A stretch of DNA of 64,000 bases, taken from Torpedo marmorata (Eukaryota). Numbering within the stretch: position 1 is the first letter of the stretch; each line of letters opens with the position of its first letter. The position numbers and the translations under genes are program-made. The DNA is taken from contig OZ360245.1 of assembly GCA_977017645.1 (NCBI GenBank), forward strand, positions 2,232,001 to 2,296,000, read 5' to 3'. Of this stretch, positions 1 through 11,631 are shown piece after piece. The notes beneath the pieces are model-generated. The model was not told the origin of the DNA. It did not search any database and saw only the letters and a program-made list of their open reading frames with translations.

Positions 1-393
1 TTACACAGAAGGTGTAGCGCAATAAAGGCACAATATTCTCGCCTTGAAGTGGCTGTGTAAAAGGGGCTATAAACTTCAGTCCCCTACGCTCCAGGGAAAC
101 ATGTTCCAGACTTTCCTTACAGGCTCCAGTCCTGGTAAATCTTTGCTGCACCCTTTTCCACAACTGCCCCATGAAGGATGGAGATGGAAGGGGGAGGATG
201 AGATGAGAGTGGGGGAGGTAAAGCAAGGGGGATGCAGAGGACCTGTCGCTTGTGTCACGGGATCCCGGCCTGTGTTTGGCCTGGAGACCGAGCTTGTGTC
301 AGGATATCCCCCTGCCCAAGGCTGGTCGCGCCCCGGACAGGGGTCAAGGATCCCAGGAGGTTCTCCGGCCTGAATCCCAGCACTGCTCCTCAC

Positions 394-592
394 CTCCAGC
401 ACAGGGTTAGACTGGAGCAGTCGGTCTCGCACCGTCTCCACCCTGGCGCTGCTGGGGCAGGTCACCGCATAATACTGCAGGATCTTCTTGGAGGCTTCCG
501 TTTTCCCCGCTCCACTCTCCCCGCAGATCAGGATGCACTGGTCCTTTCCTTCGGACCGCATCGAGCGGTAGGAGTTGTCCGATATGGCGTAA
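394..592 (-). CDS. MYO1C: Myosin-Ic coding exon containing the P-loop (equivalent to mammalian exon 4)
   Basis: Acceptor acccacag| and donor |gtgagg; 199 nt. Encodes (I)YAISDNSYRSMRSEGKDQCILICGESGAGKTEASKKILQYYAVTCPSSARVETVRDRLLQSNPVLE, containing the myosin P-loop GESGAGKT and SNPVLE. Phase is compatible with the previous exon. The gene continues beyond the left edge of the window. Confidence 0.93.
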
Positions 593-624
593 CTGTGGGT
601 CAGAGGGGCTGGTCAACTGCTGGC

Positions 625-960
625 ACCCGCCACAGAGGCACCCATACCCCACCACAGGGGCACCCATACCCCACCACAGGGGCACCCATACCCCACCTAC
701 CCCACCACAGGGGCACCCATACCCCACCACCCATACCCCACCACAGAGGCACCAATACCCCACCACAGAGGCACCCATACCCCACCTACCCCACCACAGG
801 GGCACCCATACCCCACCACCCGTACCCCACCACAGAGGCACCAATACCCCACCACAGAGGCACCCATACCCCACCACAGCAGAACCCATACCCCACCACA
901 GGGGCACCCATACCCCACCTACCCCACCACAGGGGCACCCGCTGGCACCCATACCCCAGC
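625..960. repeat. Intronic minisatellite, ~22-bp unit CCACCACAGGGGCACCCATACC
   Basis: Direct tandem repetition is visible. Confidence 0.9.
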
Positions 961-2232
961 TGTGGGTCCCCTCTGACCCGATTATTCCACACAGAGGGTG
1001 CACCTGCTGCTGGCACAGAGCCAGTGGGGACTCGAGTGAAGAAAGGAGCACCACGGGGCCAGACACCTCATCTCAGCCTACCCCCAGGAGGCTGGCGAGA
1101 GGAACGCAAACACTCCTTCAAACGCACACCACATGGTTTATCTTGTTAGCTAGCTGCCTGCCAATTATTGTTCTGGGTGCTGGAGATCTCATTGAGCTGT
1201 TCATCGCGATGGTCACAGAGCGGGAGAGGTACACCAGAAAATCTGCCCTCCCCCACCCTCAACCTCTCTCATCACATTTCAACTGTTCAAGGGCCTTGGC
1301 TGCTGTTCCATCTCGATCTCCCTCAGGAGGGAGCAAATGGCAGTCCCTGAGTGGGCGAGGGGTCATGCCTCATCTCAGCGAGACCACAGGATCATCATCT
1401 GGGAGATCGGGAGGTGCAACCAAGTGTCACCGCCACGGACAGTCGGGTAACTCAACAACAACTTCCATTTACCCAGCACCTCCTCTGCAGCTGCGCTGAC
1501 TACCACCAGACGCTGACGTTTCACCAGAACCATGCCGATGCTGAACGGCAGGGGAGGTTTCCATGGCCACAGCAGGAGGTTGAAGGAGGCGGGTGGACAG
1601 AGCCAGTCAGAGGTAGGGAAGTGCTGGGTGTGGAGGTGACAAACAAGGGGATTCTGCAGATCAGCTGCAGGCGATGGACACCAGCAACGATACAAGAGAC
1701 CCCATGACATCCCATCCATGACCCACCTCCACACTAAACACCTCCTCCATCATCAGTGGCTACAGTGTGTGCTCCTCCAGTGGTCACACTGCAGTTACGC
1801 ACCCCAGCTCTCCCGCCAGGAGTCAAGGGAAGTGGACACAGGGGAGCAAATGGAACATTGGTCTTCATTGCTGGAGGGATGGAATTCAGGAGCAGGGAGG
1901 TTATGCTGCAACTGTACAAGGTACTGGTGAGGCTGCATCTGGAGTAATGCGTGCAGTTCTGGTCTCCTTACTTGAGGAAGGATGTACCTGTACTGGCTTT
2001 GGAGGTGGTGCAGAGGAGGTTCACCAGCTTGATTTCAGAATGAGGGGGTGAGGCCATGAGGAGAGATTGAGTCGTCTGGGACTGTACTCGCTGGAATTTA
2101 GAAGAATGAGAGGGAATCTTATAGAAACATATAAAATTATGAAAGGCATAGATAAGATAGAGGTAAAAAACACAAATGCTGGAGAAACTCAGCAGGTCAA
2201 ACAGTGTCTTTTATGTAGCAAAGGTAGAAATA

Positions 2233-2273
2233 CATAACCGATGTTTCGGGCTTGAGCCCTTCATCAAAGTATG
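2233..2273 (-). ncRNA. Minimal hammerhead ribozyme motif in the Penelope terminal repeat
   Basis: Minus strand CAUACU-UUGAUGA-A-GGGC-UCAA-GCCC-GAAAC-AUC-GGUUAUG. This copy has AUC rather than GUC. Confidence 0.55.
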
Positions 2274-3156
2274 AGAAAGTGCCGGCAGGCGTCCGAACAA
2301 AAGAGTGAGGGGGGGAGAAGGGGGCGGGGTGTCAAAGGCAGGAGATGATAGGTGGAGAAAGGAGGGAGGGGACAGCAGCAAAGAGGGGGAGGAGGGATGG
2401 CTGGGTGGGTGGAAAAAAACAGGAAGGACAAGTGAGGGGGGAGGGGAAGGAAAAGACAAGCAGGTTTAGTGGAAAGCAGAAAAGTCAATGTTAATGCCAT
2501 CTGGCTGGAGAGTGCCCAGACGGAAAATGAGATGTTGTTCCTCCAATTTGCGGGTAGTCTGGGTGGGATAGTACATAAGGCCATGGACAGACATGTGAGT
2601 GTGGGAGTGTGACTCGGAATTGAAATGGTTGGCTACTGGGAGGTCGCTGTTGTTGCGGACGGAGAGGAGGTGCTCAGCAAAGCGATCTCCCAATCTACGA
2701 CCAGTCTCTCCGATGTAGAGAAAGCCACAAAGGGAGCACCGGATGCAGTAAATAAGTTCTCTGGATGTACAAATGAAGTGTAGCTTCACTTGAAGGGCCT
2801 GTTTGGGGCCCCGGACCGTGGTGAGGGGGGAGGTGTGGGCGCAGGTGTTGCACCTCCTGCGGGCACAGGGGAAGGTGCCGGGGGTGCGATGGGTGGGGAG
2901 GGATGAGTGCATGAGGGAATCGCGGAGGGATGAGTGCACGAGGGAATCGTGGAGGGAGCGGTCCCTACGGAAGGCCGAGAGGGGAGGAGAAGGTAAAATG
3001 TGTCTGGTGGTGGGATCCTGTAGTAAGTGCTGGAAATTCCGGCGGATAATGTGTTGGATGCGGAGGCTGGTGGGGTGAGAGGTGAGAATGATCTCCTGCC
3101 TTTGCCACCCCCCTTCCCCCCTCACTCTTTTGTTCGGTCGCCTGCTGGCATTTTCT

Positions 3157-3197
3157 CATACTTTGATGAAGGGCTCAAGCCCGAAACGTCAGTTATG
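3157..3197 (+). ncRNA. Minimal hammerhead ribozyme motif in the Penelope terminal repeat
   Basis: CAUACU-UUGAUGA-A-GGGC-UCAA-GCCC-GAAAC-GUC-AGUUAUG: core boxes, stem II, GUC cleavage triplet and a pairable stem I. Confidence 0.68.
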
Positions 3198-3980
3198 TAT
3201 TTCTACCTTTGCTAAATAAAAGACACTGTTTGACCTGCTGAGTTTCTCCTGCATTTGTGTTTTTTACTTCAACCACGGTGTCTACAGATTTTCGTGTTTT
3301 ACTTATAGATAAGATAGAGGTAGGTAAGTTGTTCCCATTGGTGGGGGAGACCAGAACTAGGGGACGTGGCCTCAAGATTCAGGGTAGTAGATTTAGGACG
3401 GAGATGAGGAGGAACTGCTTTTTCCAGAGGGTGGTGAATCTGGAATTCACTGCCCATTGAAGAAGTGGAGGCAACCTCAGTAAATATATTTAAGACGAGG
3501 TTGGATAGATTTTTACATAGTAGGGGAATTAAGGGATATGGGGAAAAGGCAGGTAGGTGGAGATGAGCCGATCATCAGATCAGCCATGATCGCATTGAAT
3601 GGCGGAGCAGGCTCGATGGACCGGATGGCCGACTCCTGCTCCTATTATGTTCTTCGCACCAGCACTGGCAGCTTCCCCTCCTGTTGTATACCCCCAGAGA
3701 TAGATCACCGCCCTCCATTGTCACTGGGTCGCCTCACCACAGCACCATGGGAGTAGCTTCACCACGCAGAACCCTGGTCCCCGTCCCGGAATCCCCGTCC
3801 CTGCTCCCGTCCCGGCCCCCGTCCTGGAAACCCGGTCCCCATCCCGGAACCCCGGTCCCTGCACCCATCCCGGAACCCCGGTCCCCGTACCTGCCCCCGT
3901 CTGGAACCCCGGCCCCTGTCCGGAACCACAGCCCAACCCAACTGAGCATGACTCCTCCTCCACCCCCCGACACCACTCAC

Positions 3981-4096
3981 ATGTGAGGTGAGACCTCATA
4001 GAAGTTGACCCCTCTGTAGCGCTCCATGTGCTGCTTGGTGTAAATCTCCAACTCCTTGTACGGGTTTACTGACACCAGGACTGAGCCGATGTACGT
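3981..4096 (-). CDS. MYO1C: Myosin-Ic coding exon (equivalent to exon 3)
   Basis: Acceptor ccccgcag| and donor |gtgagt; 116 nt. Encodes TYIGSVLVSVNPYKELEIYTKQHMERYRGVNFYEVSPH(I). HMERYRGV and the following residues match MYO1C better than MYO1H as I recall them. Confidence 0.93.
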
Positions 4097-4169
4097 CTGC
4101 GGGGCGGCAACACAGCTGTAAACTGGTGTAACCATGGCAAGCGAGGACAGGGAGCGCGTTCCCGGCGTG

Positions 4170-4430
4170 AAGGGAGCACGGGCCCCAGCGTGCACGGGGA
4201 GAAGGGAGCGCGGGCCCTGGCATGCGTGGGCCCAGCGTGCGCGGGGAGAAGGGAGCCCGGGCCCGGCGAGAAGGGAGCGCGGGCCCCGGCGTGCGCGGGG
4301 AGAAGGGAGCGCGGGCCCTGGCGTGCGCGGGGAGAAGGGAGCGCGGGCCCCGGCGTGCGCGGGGAGAAGGGAGCGTGGGCTCCGGCGTGCGCGGGGAGAA
4401 GGGAGCGCGGGCCCCGGCGTGCGCGGGCAG
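4170..4430. repeat. GC-rich intronic minisatellite, 32-bp unit
   Basis: GGGGAGAAGGGAGCGCGGGCCCCGGCGTGCGC repeated; it fills most of the exon 2-exon 3 intron. Confidence 0.9.
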
Positions 4431-4459
4431 GGTCGTGTGGTTTGAACAAGCGCTCTCAC

Positions 4460-4615
4460 GTAGATCAGGCTCTCCTTGAAGCGTTTGCGCAGGTTGTCGA
4501 TGAAGGAGGCCTCGCTGGTGAAACTCTCCAACAGGACAAAGTCCTGCACCCCGACCCGGTCGCGGGCGGTCAACGCTCCCTCCATGGCCAATCGCACCCT
4601 CTCACCGCCCTGGGC
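4460..4615 (-). CDS. MYO1C: Myosin-Ic exon 2, containing the short-isoform ATG at 4585
   Basis: Acceptor tttgctgcag| and donor |gtgaga; 156 nt. Encodes [52 protein letters not shown], alignable to mammalian [29 protein letters not shown]. Confidence 0.93.
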
Positions 4616-4849
4616 CTGCAGCAAACACACACACAGTCATAGGGATACAGCGCTGATTTGCCCCAATCCCACGGTCCCAGCCGGGGAAATAAACCACACC
4701 GGGCTCCTCACCCCCTCCCTGATTCACCCAGCCAAAGCTCAGTGTGGAAACAGGGTGGGCAGGGGGGGTCTGGGACAGGAGGAGGGGTGCACGTTGGGTA
4801 GGATGGAGGGGTCTGGAACAGGAAGAGGGATGCGGGGGAGGGAGAGGTC

Positions 4850-5060
4850 TGGTCGGGGGACAGGAGGAAGTGTCCTGCCGGGGGAGGGATCCGGTCGGGG
4901 GAGGGGAGGAGGGGTCCAGTCAGGGGAGGGGAGAAGGGGTCCGGTCAGGGGAGGGGAGGAGGGGTCCGGTCAGGGGAGGGGAGAAGGGGTCCGGTCAGGG
5001 GAGGGGAGGAGGGGTCCGGCCGGGGGAGGGATCCGGTCGGGGGAGGGGAGGAGGGGTCCA
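4850..5060. repeat. G-rich minisatellite (GGGTCCGGTCAGGGGAGGGGAG(G/A)A)
   Basis: Tandem repetition is visible. Confidence 0.8.
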
Positions 5061-5730
5061 ACTGGGATAGGACAGTGGTCCAGTGCAGAGATGAGGGACA
5101 GTCCATGCTGGGAGGGAGCCGAGAGTTTGAGTGGGGTTTGCAGGGGGCTTGGTCGGCAGTGATGGGAACATGGCCCAGGACTGACGTACACTACACCAAC
5201 CCAGGGGACATCCCAGTGGCCACAGGCAGTGCAGAGATGGGGAAGTGGAAGCAAATTGGGCGAGATGTCTGAATAAAATAAAACCCCTGCGTGGTTAACA
5301 GAGGAAATGTGATGGGAACAACAGTCAGGAACTCCGTGATGGCAGGGAGGATTAACGAGAGGGATGCGGGGAGAGGGATGAGGGGGGGGAGAGGGATGAG
5401 GGGGGGAGGGGGTGCGTGGGGAGGGGGTGCGGGGGGAGGGAGTGCGGGGAGAGGGAATGCGGGGAGAGGGAATGCGGGGAGAGGGAATGCGGGGAGAGGG
5501 AATGCGGGGAGGAGATGGGGAAGGAGAGATGCTTTACTCTGCACTGAATGTGCCTTTTACCCACCCTTTAAAAAATATTTCTTAAATCATTAACCAGAAA
5601 AATTAAAATACTGTTCTCCTCGCCCAGGATGCAGTTCCTAGCGATCACAGGCTTCCAGAGGACTCTGCCTGCTCCCTCTCCCAGGGACAGCAGGGCACCA
5701 ACGTCTACTCGAATAGGGCTGGCAGTCACG

Positions 5731-6300
5731 TGGGTTAAACCCCCACCGCCCTCGGTTTAAGCCCCCACCGACCTGGGTTTAAGCCCCCACCGACCTGGGT
5801 TAAACCCCCACCGACCTGGGTTAAACCCCCACCGCCCTGGGTTAAACCCCCTCCGCCCTGGGTTAAACCCCCACCGCCCTGGGTTAAACCCCCTCCGCCC
5901 TGGGTTTAACCCCCACCGCCCTGGGTTTAAGCCCCACCGCCCTGGGTTTAACCCCCACCGCCCTGGGTTAAACCCCCTCCTCCCTGGGTTAAACCCCCTC
6001 CGCCCTGGGTTTAAACCCCCTCCGCCCTGGGTTAAACCCCCTCCGCCCTGGGTTAAACCCCCTCCGCCCTGGGTTTAAACCCCCTCCGCCCTGGGTTTAA
6101 GCCCCACCGCCCTGGGTTTAAACCCCCTCCGCCCTGGGTTAAACCCCCTCCGCCCTGGGTTAAACCCCCTCCGCCCTGGGTTAAACCCCCTCCGCCCTGG
6201 GTTTAAACCCCCTCCACCCTGGGTTTAACCCCCTCCGCCCTGGGTTAAACACCCTCCGCCCCAGGTTAAACCCCCTCCGCCCTGGGTAAAGCCCCTCAAA
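5731..6300. repeat. Minisatellite, 20-21-bp unit CCCTGGGTT(T)AAACCCCCTCCG
   Basis: Tandem copies, each containing the inverted repeat GGGTT-A-AACCC. Confidence 0.92.
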
Positions 6301-7015
6301 CCCTCACCCAGGGGCTGCATGTCACATATACACAGGACACTGCAGAAGGGGATTCATCTCGTGACCAAACTACGCTGCCCCTGCCCTGGAACTGGGGTTG
6401 TGAACATCTGGAAGTCAGTACAAAGCCACATCTGGCCAAATTTGAACGTGCGCTGCTTCTGACAGGATGGAAGGAATTGGCTGCTCACCCACCACTGCTC
6501 AGCGCAGATTGACCCGTGTGCGTCTGCTGAGGTAAGGCTGGGACACGGGGGAAACGTGCTCCCCTTCGAACGTGGAGGAGAGCAGGCCGTGTCCAAGCCC
6601 CATCTGGAGCCGGCAGTGCGGCCAAAACACCAGCGTCCGCATTACCCACACGTTACACTACAACACGCCGCTAGCAGCACAATCCCGGTCTGCACTGTCC
6701 GTATGAGTTCTGCTCGCCCAACGTCATCGCATGGACTTACAACCCAAGAGCTGCTGATCTTGAAACTCAATCAGTGCTTCAGATAAAGGGATTATAAACA
6801 AAGGTGCTCATTGATCTCAAGCCAAGCTTTGCAGAGGCTAAGTTCAGTCCTCTCTCCAGTGTAGACAGCGGGGGTCACAGGCAGTGTGGTTCCTGGGTGG
6901 GTGATGTATGGGAAGTGCGGGCAAGCATGCTGGGAACACTTTGCCATCACTGTGTTGCCGAATGTCCTGTGGAGTAAAGCGATTTTCACCCTTGCCTGCC
7001 CAGGGAGACCTGGGT

Positions 7016-8700
7016 TTAGTAAAAACACAATGCTGGAGAAACTCAGCAGGTCAGACTTATATCGCAAAGATAAAGATACATAACTAACCCCACTATTCCA
7101 AAGTTCAATTAGCTAAATTTTACCCTAATATATCCTCTAAATGTGATAAGTGTATAACTCAGGAAGGTACTTTATATCATATGTTTTGGTTATGTCCCTC
7201 CCTTTGTAACTACTGGAAAGAGATATTTAGTACACTATCTTTAATTGAATATAAATCTGTCCCCGAGCCCTATTATTGCTATTTTTGGAATGAGTGGACC
7301 AATGGATTTAATTTTGACTCCATCTCAATCCCATGTAGTTGCTTTTACTTCCCTGATTGCCCGAAGGCTCATCTTGCTGCGGTGGAAAGATGTTGTCCCT
7401 CCCACGCATACCCAATGGTTATTGGATTTGATGGCATCCCTCTCTCTAGAGAAAATTAGGTGTTCAACTACTAAAATGAGTGTTAAATTTTTTTTCTCTT
7501 TGGGGTTCTTTTTTCAATTATTTTCAAAACTTATAGATCAACTATTTTTGCTTGTTATTAAAAATCTTTTTTATTTTTTTCACTTTTTCTTCATTTCCTG
7601 AACTATTAGTATTGAAATTAGTAATTGACGCCTGGTTTAAATACGAATCGCTCATGTAGTAGGTTGGGGTTAGAAATTAGATTAGTTATAGATTTTCTTT
7701 CTTTTTTCTTTTCCTTTTTTTAAAAATCAATAACATGGATCATATGTATCTTGTTTACCGTTGTTTACTATCTGTAATTTTATTTTACTTTTACCTGAAC
7801 TTTATATCGTATGTATCTATGTATTTGATTTTTTTTTCTCAAAAACCAATAAAAAGATTGAAAAAGAAAGAAGATACATAACCAATGTTTCGGGCTTGAG
7901 CCCTTCCATCAAGGTATGGGCTTCTGACCTTCCCCTCTCTGAGACGGAGCGCTCGGTCCTCAGTAGTGGCCTTACGTTCGTCCCCCTCCGCCCACACCTT
8001 AATGAGTTCCGCGCACGCCACGATGCCGTACTCTTCTTCCGTCGCCTCCGTCTCCGGGCCTACTTCCATAACCGTGACTCTCCACCCCCCACCCAACACC
8101 CCTTCTCCCGCTTTAAGCCTTCTTCCTCCTCTTGGACACCTCGTCCTGGCCAGCTGCCAGCTCTGGATCTTTTAATTTCCAATTGCCGCCGAGACATCAA
8201 CCGTCTCAACTTCACCACTCCCCTCCCTTATTCCAATCTCACCTCCTCTGAGTGCTCTGCCCTACACTCTTTCCGCAACAATCCCAACCTCACCATCAAA
8301 CCCGCAGACAAGGGTGGTGGTCTGGCACACTGACCTCTACCTTGATGAGGCCAGTCGACAGCTCTCAGACACCTCTTCTTACCTACCCCTCCCACAGGAC
8401 CCCACCAGAGCTCATCAAGCCACGGTCTCCAACACCATCTCTAACCTCATCACCTCTGGTCACCTCCCTCCCACGGCCTCCAACCTCATTGTCTCCCATC
8501 CCCGCACTGCCCGGTTCTACCTTTCACCCAAGATACATAAACCCAGGTTAAAAAAAAAAAATCTTGATGAAGGGCTCAAGCCCGAATCGTTGGTTATGTA
8601 TCTTTATCTTTGCTACATAAAGGACACTGTTTGACCTGCTGAGTTTCTCCAGCGTTATGTTTTTACTTCACCCACGGTGTCTGCAGACTTTCCTGTTTTA
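7016..8700 (+). mobile_element. Penelope-like fragment (N-terminal region upstream of the RT core) with inverted terminal repeats, carrying a nested L1 3' end
   Basis: LSETERSVLSSGLTFVP...FFRRLRLRAYF...IKPADKGG...YLSPKIHKP is typical of Penelope-like ORFs. Imperfect flanking direct repeats cagggagacctgggt (7001-7015) and caggaagacctgagt (8701-8715). Confidence 0.82.
7085..7870 (+). mobile_element. L1/Tx1-clade LINE 3' end
   Basis: Remnant C-terminal zinc knuckle (CDKC...HMFWLC; ARRLILLRWK...EKIR), AT-rich 3' UTR and AATAAA. A 12-bp TSD aagatacataac lies at 7073-7084 and 7871-7882. Confidence 0.82.
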
Positions 8701-8831
8701 CAGGAAGACCTGAGTGCCTGGGAGGTTCAATCCCTTCTGCCCAGCAGCAACACCACGTCCCACGAAGCTCAGGGAGATGGCTCAAGTCTGGTGCCTGCTG
8801 CTCATTGGAATGCAGTGGTGGGGTATTCTCA

Positions 8832-9083
8832 TCCAGCGCATGGGGCCCAGTAACCCTTGCGTGGTGCTGCAGGTCCAGTGCATGGGGCCCAGTAACCCTT
8901 GCGTGGTGCTGCAGGTCCAGCGCATGGGGCCCAGTAACCCTTGCGTGGTGCTGCAGGTCCAGTGCATGGGGCCCAGTAACCCTTGTGTGGTGCTGCAGGT
9001 CCAGCGCATGGGGCCCAGTAACCCTTGCGTGGTGCTGCAGGTCCAGCGCATGGGGCCCAGTAACCCTTGCGTGGTGCTGCAGG
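8832..9083. repeat. Minisatellite, 42 bp x 6
   Basis: TCCAGCGCATGGGGCCCAGTAACCCTTGCGTGGTGCTGCAGG repeated. Confidence 0.92.
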
Positions 9084-9829
9084 CACATTAAAGCAGCTAT
9101 GGGCCGTTGCAGCCACTCTGCATGGAGCACACAGGTACAGCCCCATGCGGCAGAGCACTAGGCACCCATGTATGTGGTGTGACTCCATGCATCATCCTCC
9201 CACCTGCATGGAGGCCTGAAGGTGCCACACACCAATGTAGCACACGGCTGCCTAATTACTGGAGTCCCATCTCTTCACAAACATTACACTCCACTCAAAT
9301 ACCCTGACCTCCTCAATGGCTGGTCACCCTCCGAGCTTTGCTGCACTGCACACATTTGATGGTCTAGGGCAAGCCTTCACCACACCTTCTGACCAGCTGC
9401 ATGGGCTTCCGGAGGGATTCGGGCCACCGCACGTGGATGCAGGCCACCTCACCCAGAGCGTGTCAGCAGCCTGTGCACCACAGCAGGAAGCTGCAGATTG
9501 TTCCACACCATCCTGACCCACCGACGGACACAGGATCCCACCACCACTCCGGGTTTATTACTCAATATCCATCATTGACAACTACTCTTTGTGGGAGCTT
9601 GCTTTCCACAAACCCATGCTGCGGCAGCAACAACAGTGACTGCACTCCAGTGGCTTGTCAGCGTAGAGGCTCTGGGGCCGTTTGGAGGTGGTAGCAAGAG
9701 AGAGACAGCTCCTTGGGATCTTCATCTCAGAGGGTCTCAACTATCATCAGGCACACAGAACCTGCCAGCAGCTCAACGCCATCATTGCACGAAGATCACG
9801 GCCTTTTCTCTCTCTTACACGCATACACA

Positions 9830-10070
9830 TGCACACACAGTACGGGAGATCATGTGGGGAAAGACAGCCAGACACGCATACACACTGTACGGGAGATCAT
9901 GTGGGGAAAGACAGACACAGACACGCATACACACTGTACGGGAGATCATGTGGGGAAAGACAGACAGACACAGACACGCGCGCAACATGCGCACACGTAG
10001 GAGATCATGTGCGGAGACACAGACACATACAAACACACACAAACACGCACGCATACACAGACGCACACAG
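9830..10070. repeat. Short CA-rich tandem repeat (GGGAGATCATGTGGGGAAAGACAG...)
   Basis: Three to four degenerate copies are visible. Confidence 0.75.
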
Positions 10071-11631
10071 CATTCACGAGCTGATGCTACATAATATTAG
10101 CCTGAAGTTGATCACTCTTTTCACTGTGCAGTCTGTGGAATATAGCCTGAAATCTTCTGCAACTCCTGCTGTGACCCCACCCTAGACTGGCTGACAGTCA
10201 CCATTAAACACATCAGAGTGGAGCAATTTTTAGATCCTTCCTGCAAATGTGGAGCGTTTGGAACCAGCTGGAACGGTGACAATGCAGGAATGGGCAGGTC
10301 TACAGAAAAAGCATTGTTCAAGGAGTACTTCAACATCTGTGTGGTGGAAAACTGGAAACCAGCAGCTGGGTGTGATTGCATCACCCAGGTCATCAAGGCA
10401 GCACACTCAGGAACGTCCAGGCTGCAGTCAGACCCCGATGTAACATCATCTCCCTGCACACAGACCCACCGTCCAACCAAGTGAAACACAGTTGCTGGGA
10501 AAATGGACACACACACACAAAAACAGAGGTAGCCATTCATTGCCAATTGCAATGTTACCAGCAGCATGTGACTCATTCCAGAATTTATTTGCTTTAGCAG
10601 ATGATTGATTTAAGCAGCAATGGAGAAATATACACAAAACATGCTTGGAAATTGGCTGCAGTACACAATCTGCTGGTGAGAGATAGCAAGAGGCAAGATG
10701 GGCTGAATTGCCTGCATTTGCTTTGACTACATTACATTAGTTGTGGCCAAGTTAGAACATCATTCCTTCCATTGCTTTGCAGTACAATATAATCCGAAAT
10801 GTCCAAACAAAATAAAAATTACTGAGACAGACTTTGGTCACAAGAGGGAGTTATAAATATGAATCTGGAATCTAAAAATAATACTTTACATTCCAGAGTC
10901 CAAGGAAGGAGGGCAGAAAAATGTCAGGCAATGCCAACATTGGTGAAACTGTGGCACAGGCAACATCGGCTGGACTGAGGCAGCCCAGGGGCAGGAAACC
11001 CTCTGCGTTGGTCTGCCACCAGCACAGAGGGAATCACTCCTGGTCCGTGCACGGCTGCTCAGGACCCAGTGCTGGGAAGGGGTGGCTGTGCTGGGAGCAC
11101 GTGGGGACGGGCACAGATGCCCGCTGCAGGCGCTCTGCACGGGCCAGAGAGCTCCCTGGCCCAGCGTTTCACCCGGTACCAGTCCAACTGCATTATCAAA
11201 TCTTCCACGTTAACACATCCTGATCCCACCAGCCTCCACTTCCCTTCCCTTCAACACTGCCGCTTACTGAAATACGGAGTGCTCCACTCCCCCTCCTCAC
11301 CATCCTCTGGTCATCCTGCTCACCTTTGCCTTGTCCAGCTCCTAAATCGAAGCCTCCATGTATAGTCTGGACAAAGTGATCATCATCAAGGGTTGCGACA
11401 TACCCCCACCCCCTCACATGCCTCTGGCAGCTTCCTCCGCCTGTTCCAAACCTGTTGCTCCAGGAATGCACTGTTGCAGCCTCTGGAACCCATGCACTGG
11501 GGCTCCACTGCTCAGTGGGCAGTTGCAATGGTGCAGGAACTTCACCACCCAAGTTGCCACATCCCCTGCCAGGATCAAGGGCCTCGGCACCACATCCACC
11601 AGGACAAGGGCAGTGGGCACCGTGGGCTCCT

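Larger units (their letters stand above)
2166..3304 (-). mobile_element. Penelope-like element (Neptune type), 5'-truncated, with inverted terminal repeats
   Basis: ORF 2466-3125(-) has the linker CxxxxCxxC (CARRRCNTC) and a GIY-YIG domain (LIYCIRCSLCGFLYIGETGRRLGDRFAEH...KLEEQHLIFRLGTLQPDGIN). An 18-bp flanking direct repeat atagataagatagaggta lies at 2148-2165 and 3305-3322. Confidence 0.88.
1851..3650 (+). mobile_element. CR1 LINE 3' fragment interrupted by a Penelope-like insertion
   Basis: Degenerate CR1 ORF2 C-terminus (LQLYKVLVRLHLE...IMKGIDKIEV / GKLFPLVGETRTRG...FRTEMRRNCF) followed by a CR1-type 3' UTR. Confidence 0.85.

Noticed and set aside
3977-4630. Continuous 217-aa myosin ORF with a repeat insert
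   Set aside because: The 363-nt intron is a multiple of three and stop-free by chance. Canonical splice sites and conserved exon sizes indicate that it is spliced out.
5731-6300. Telomere-like repeat (GGGTTA)
   Set aside because: GGGTTA is embedded in a 20-21-bp unit rather than forming tandem TTAGGG.
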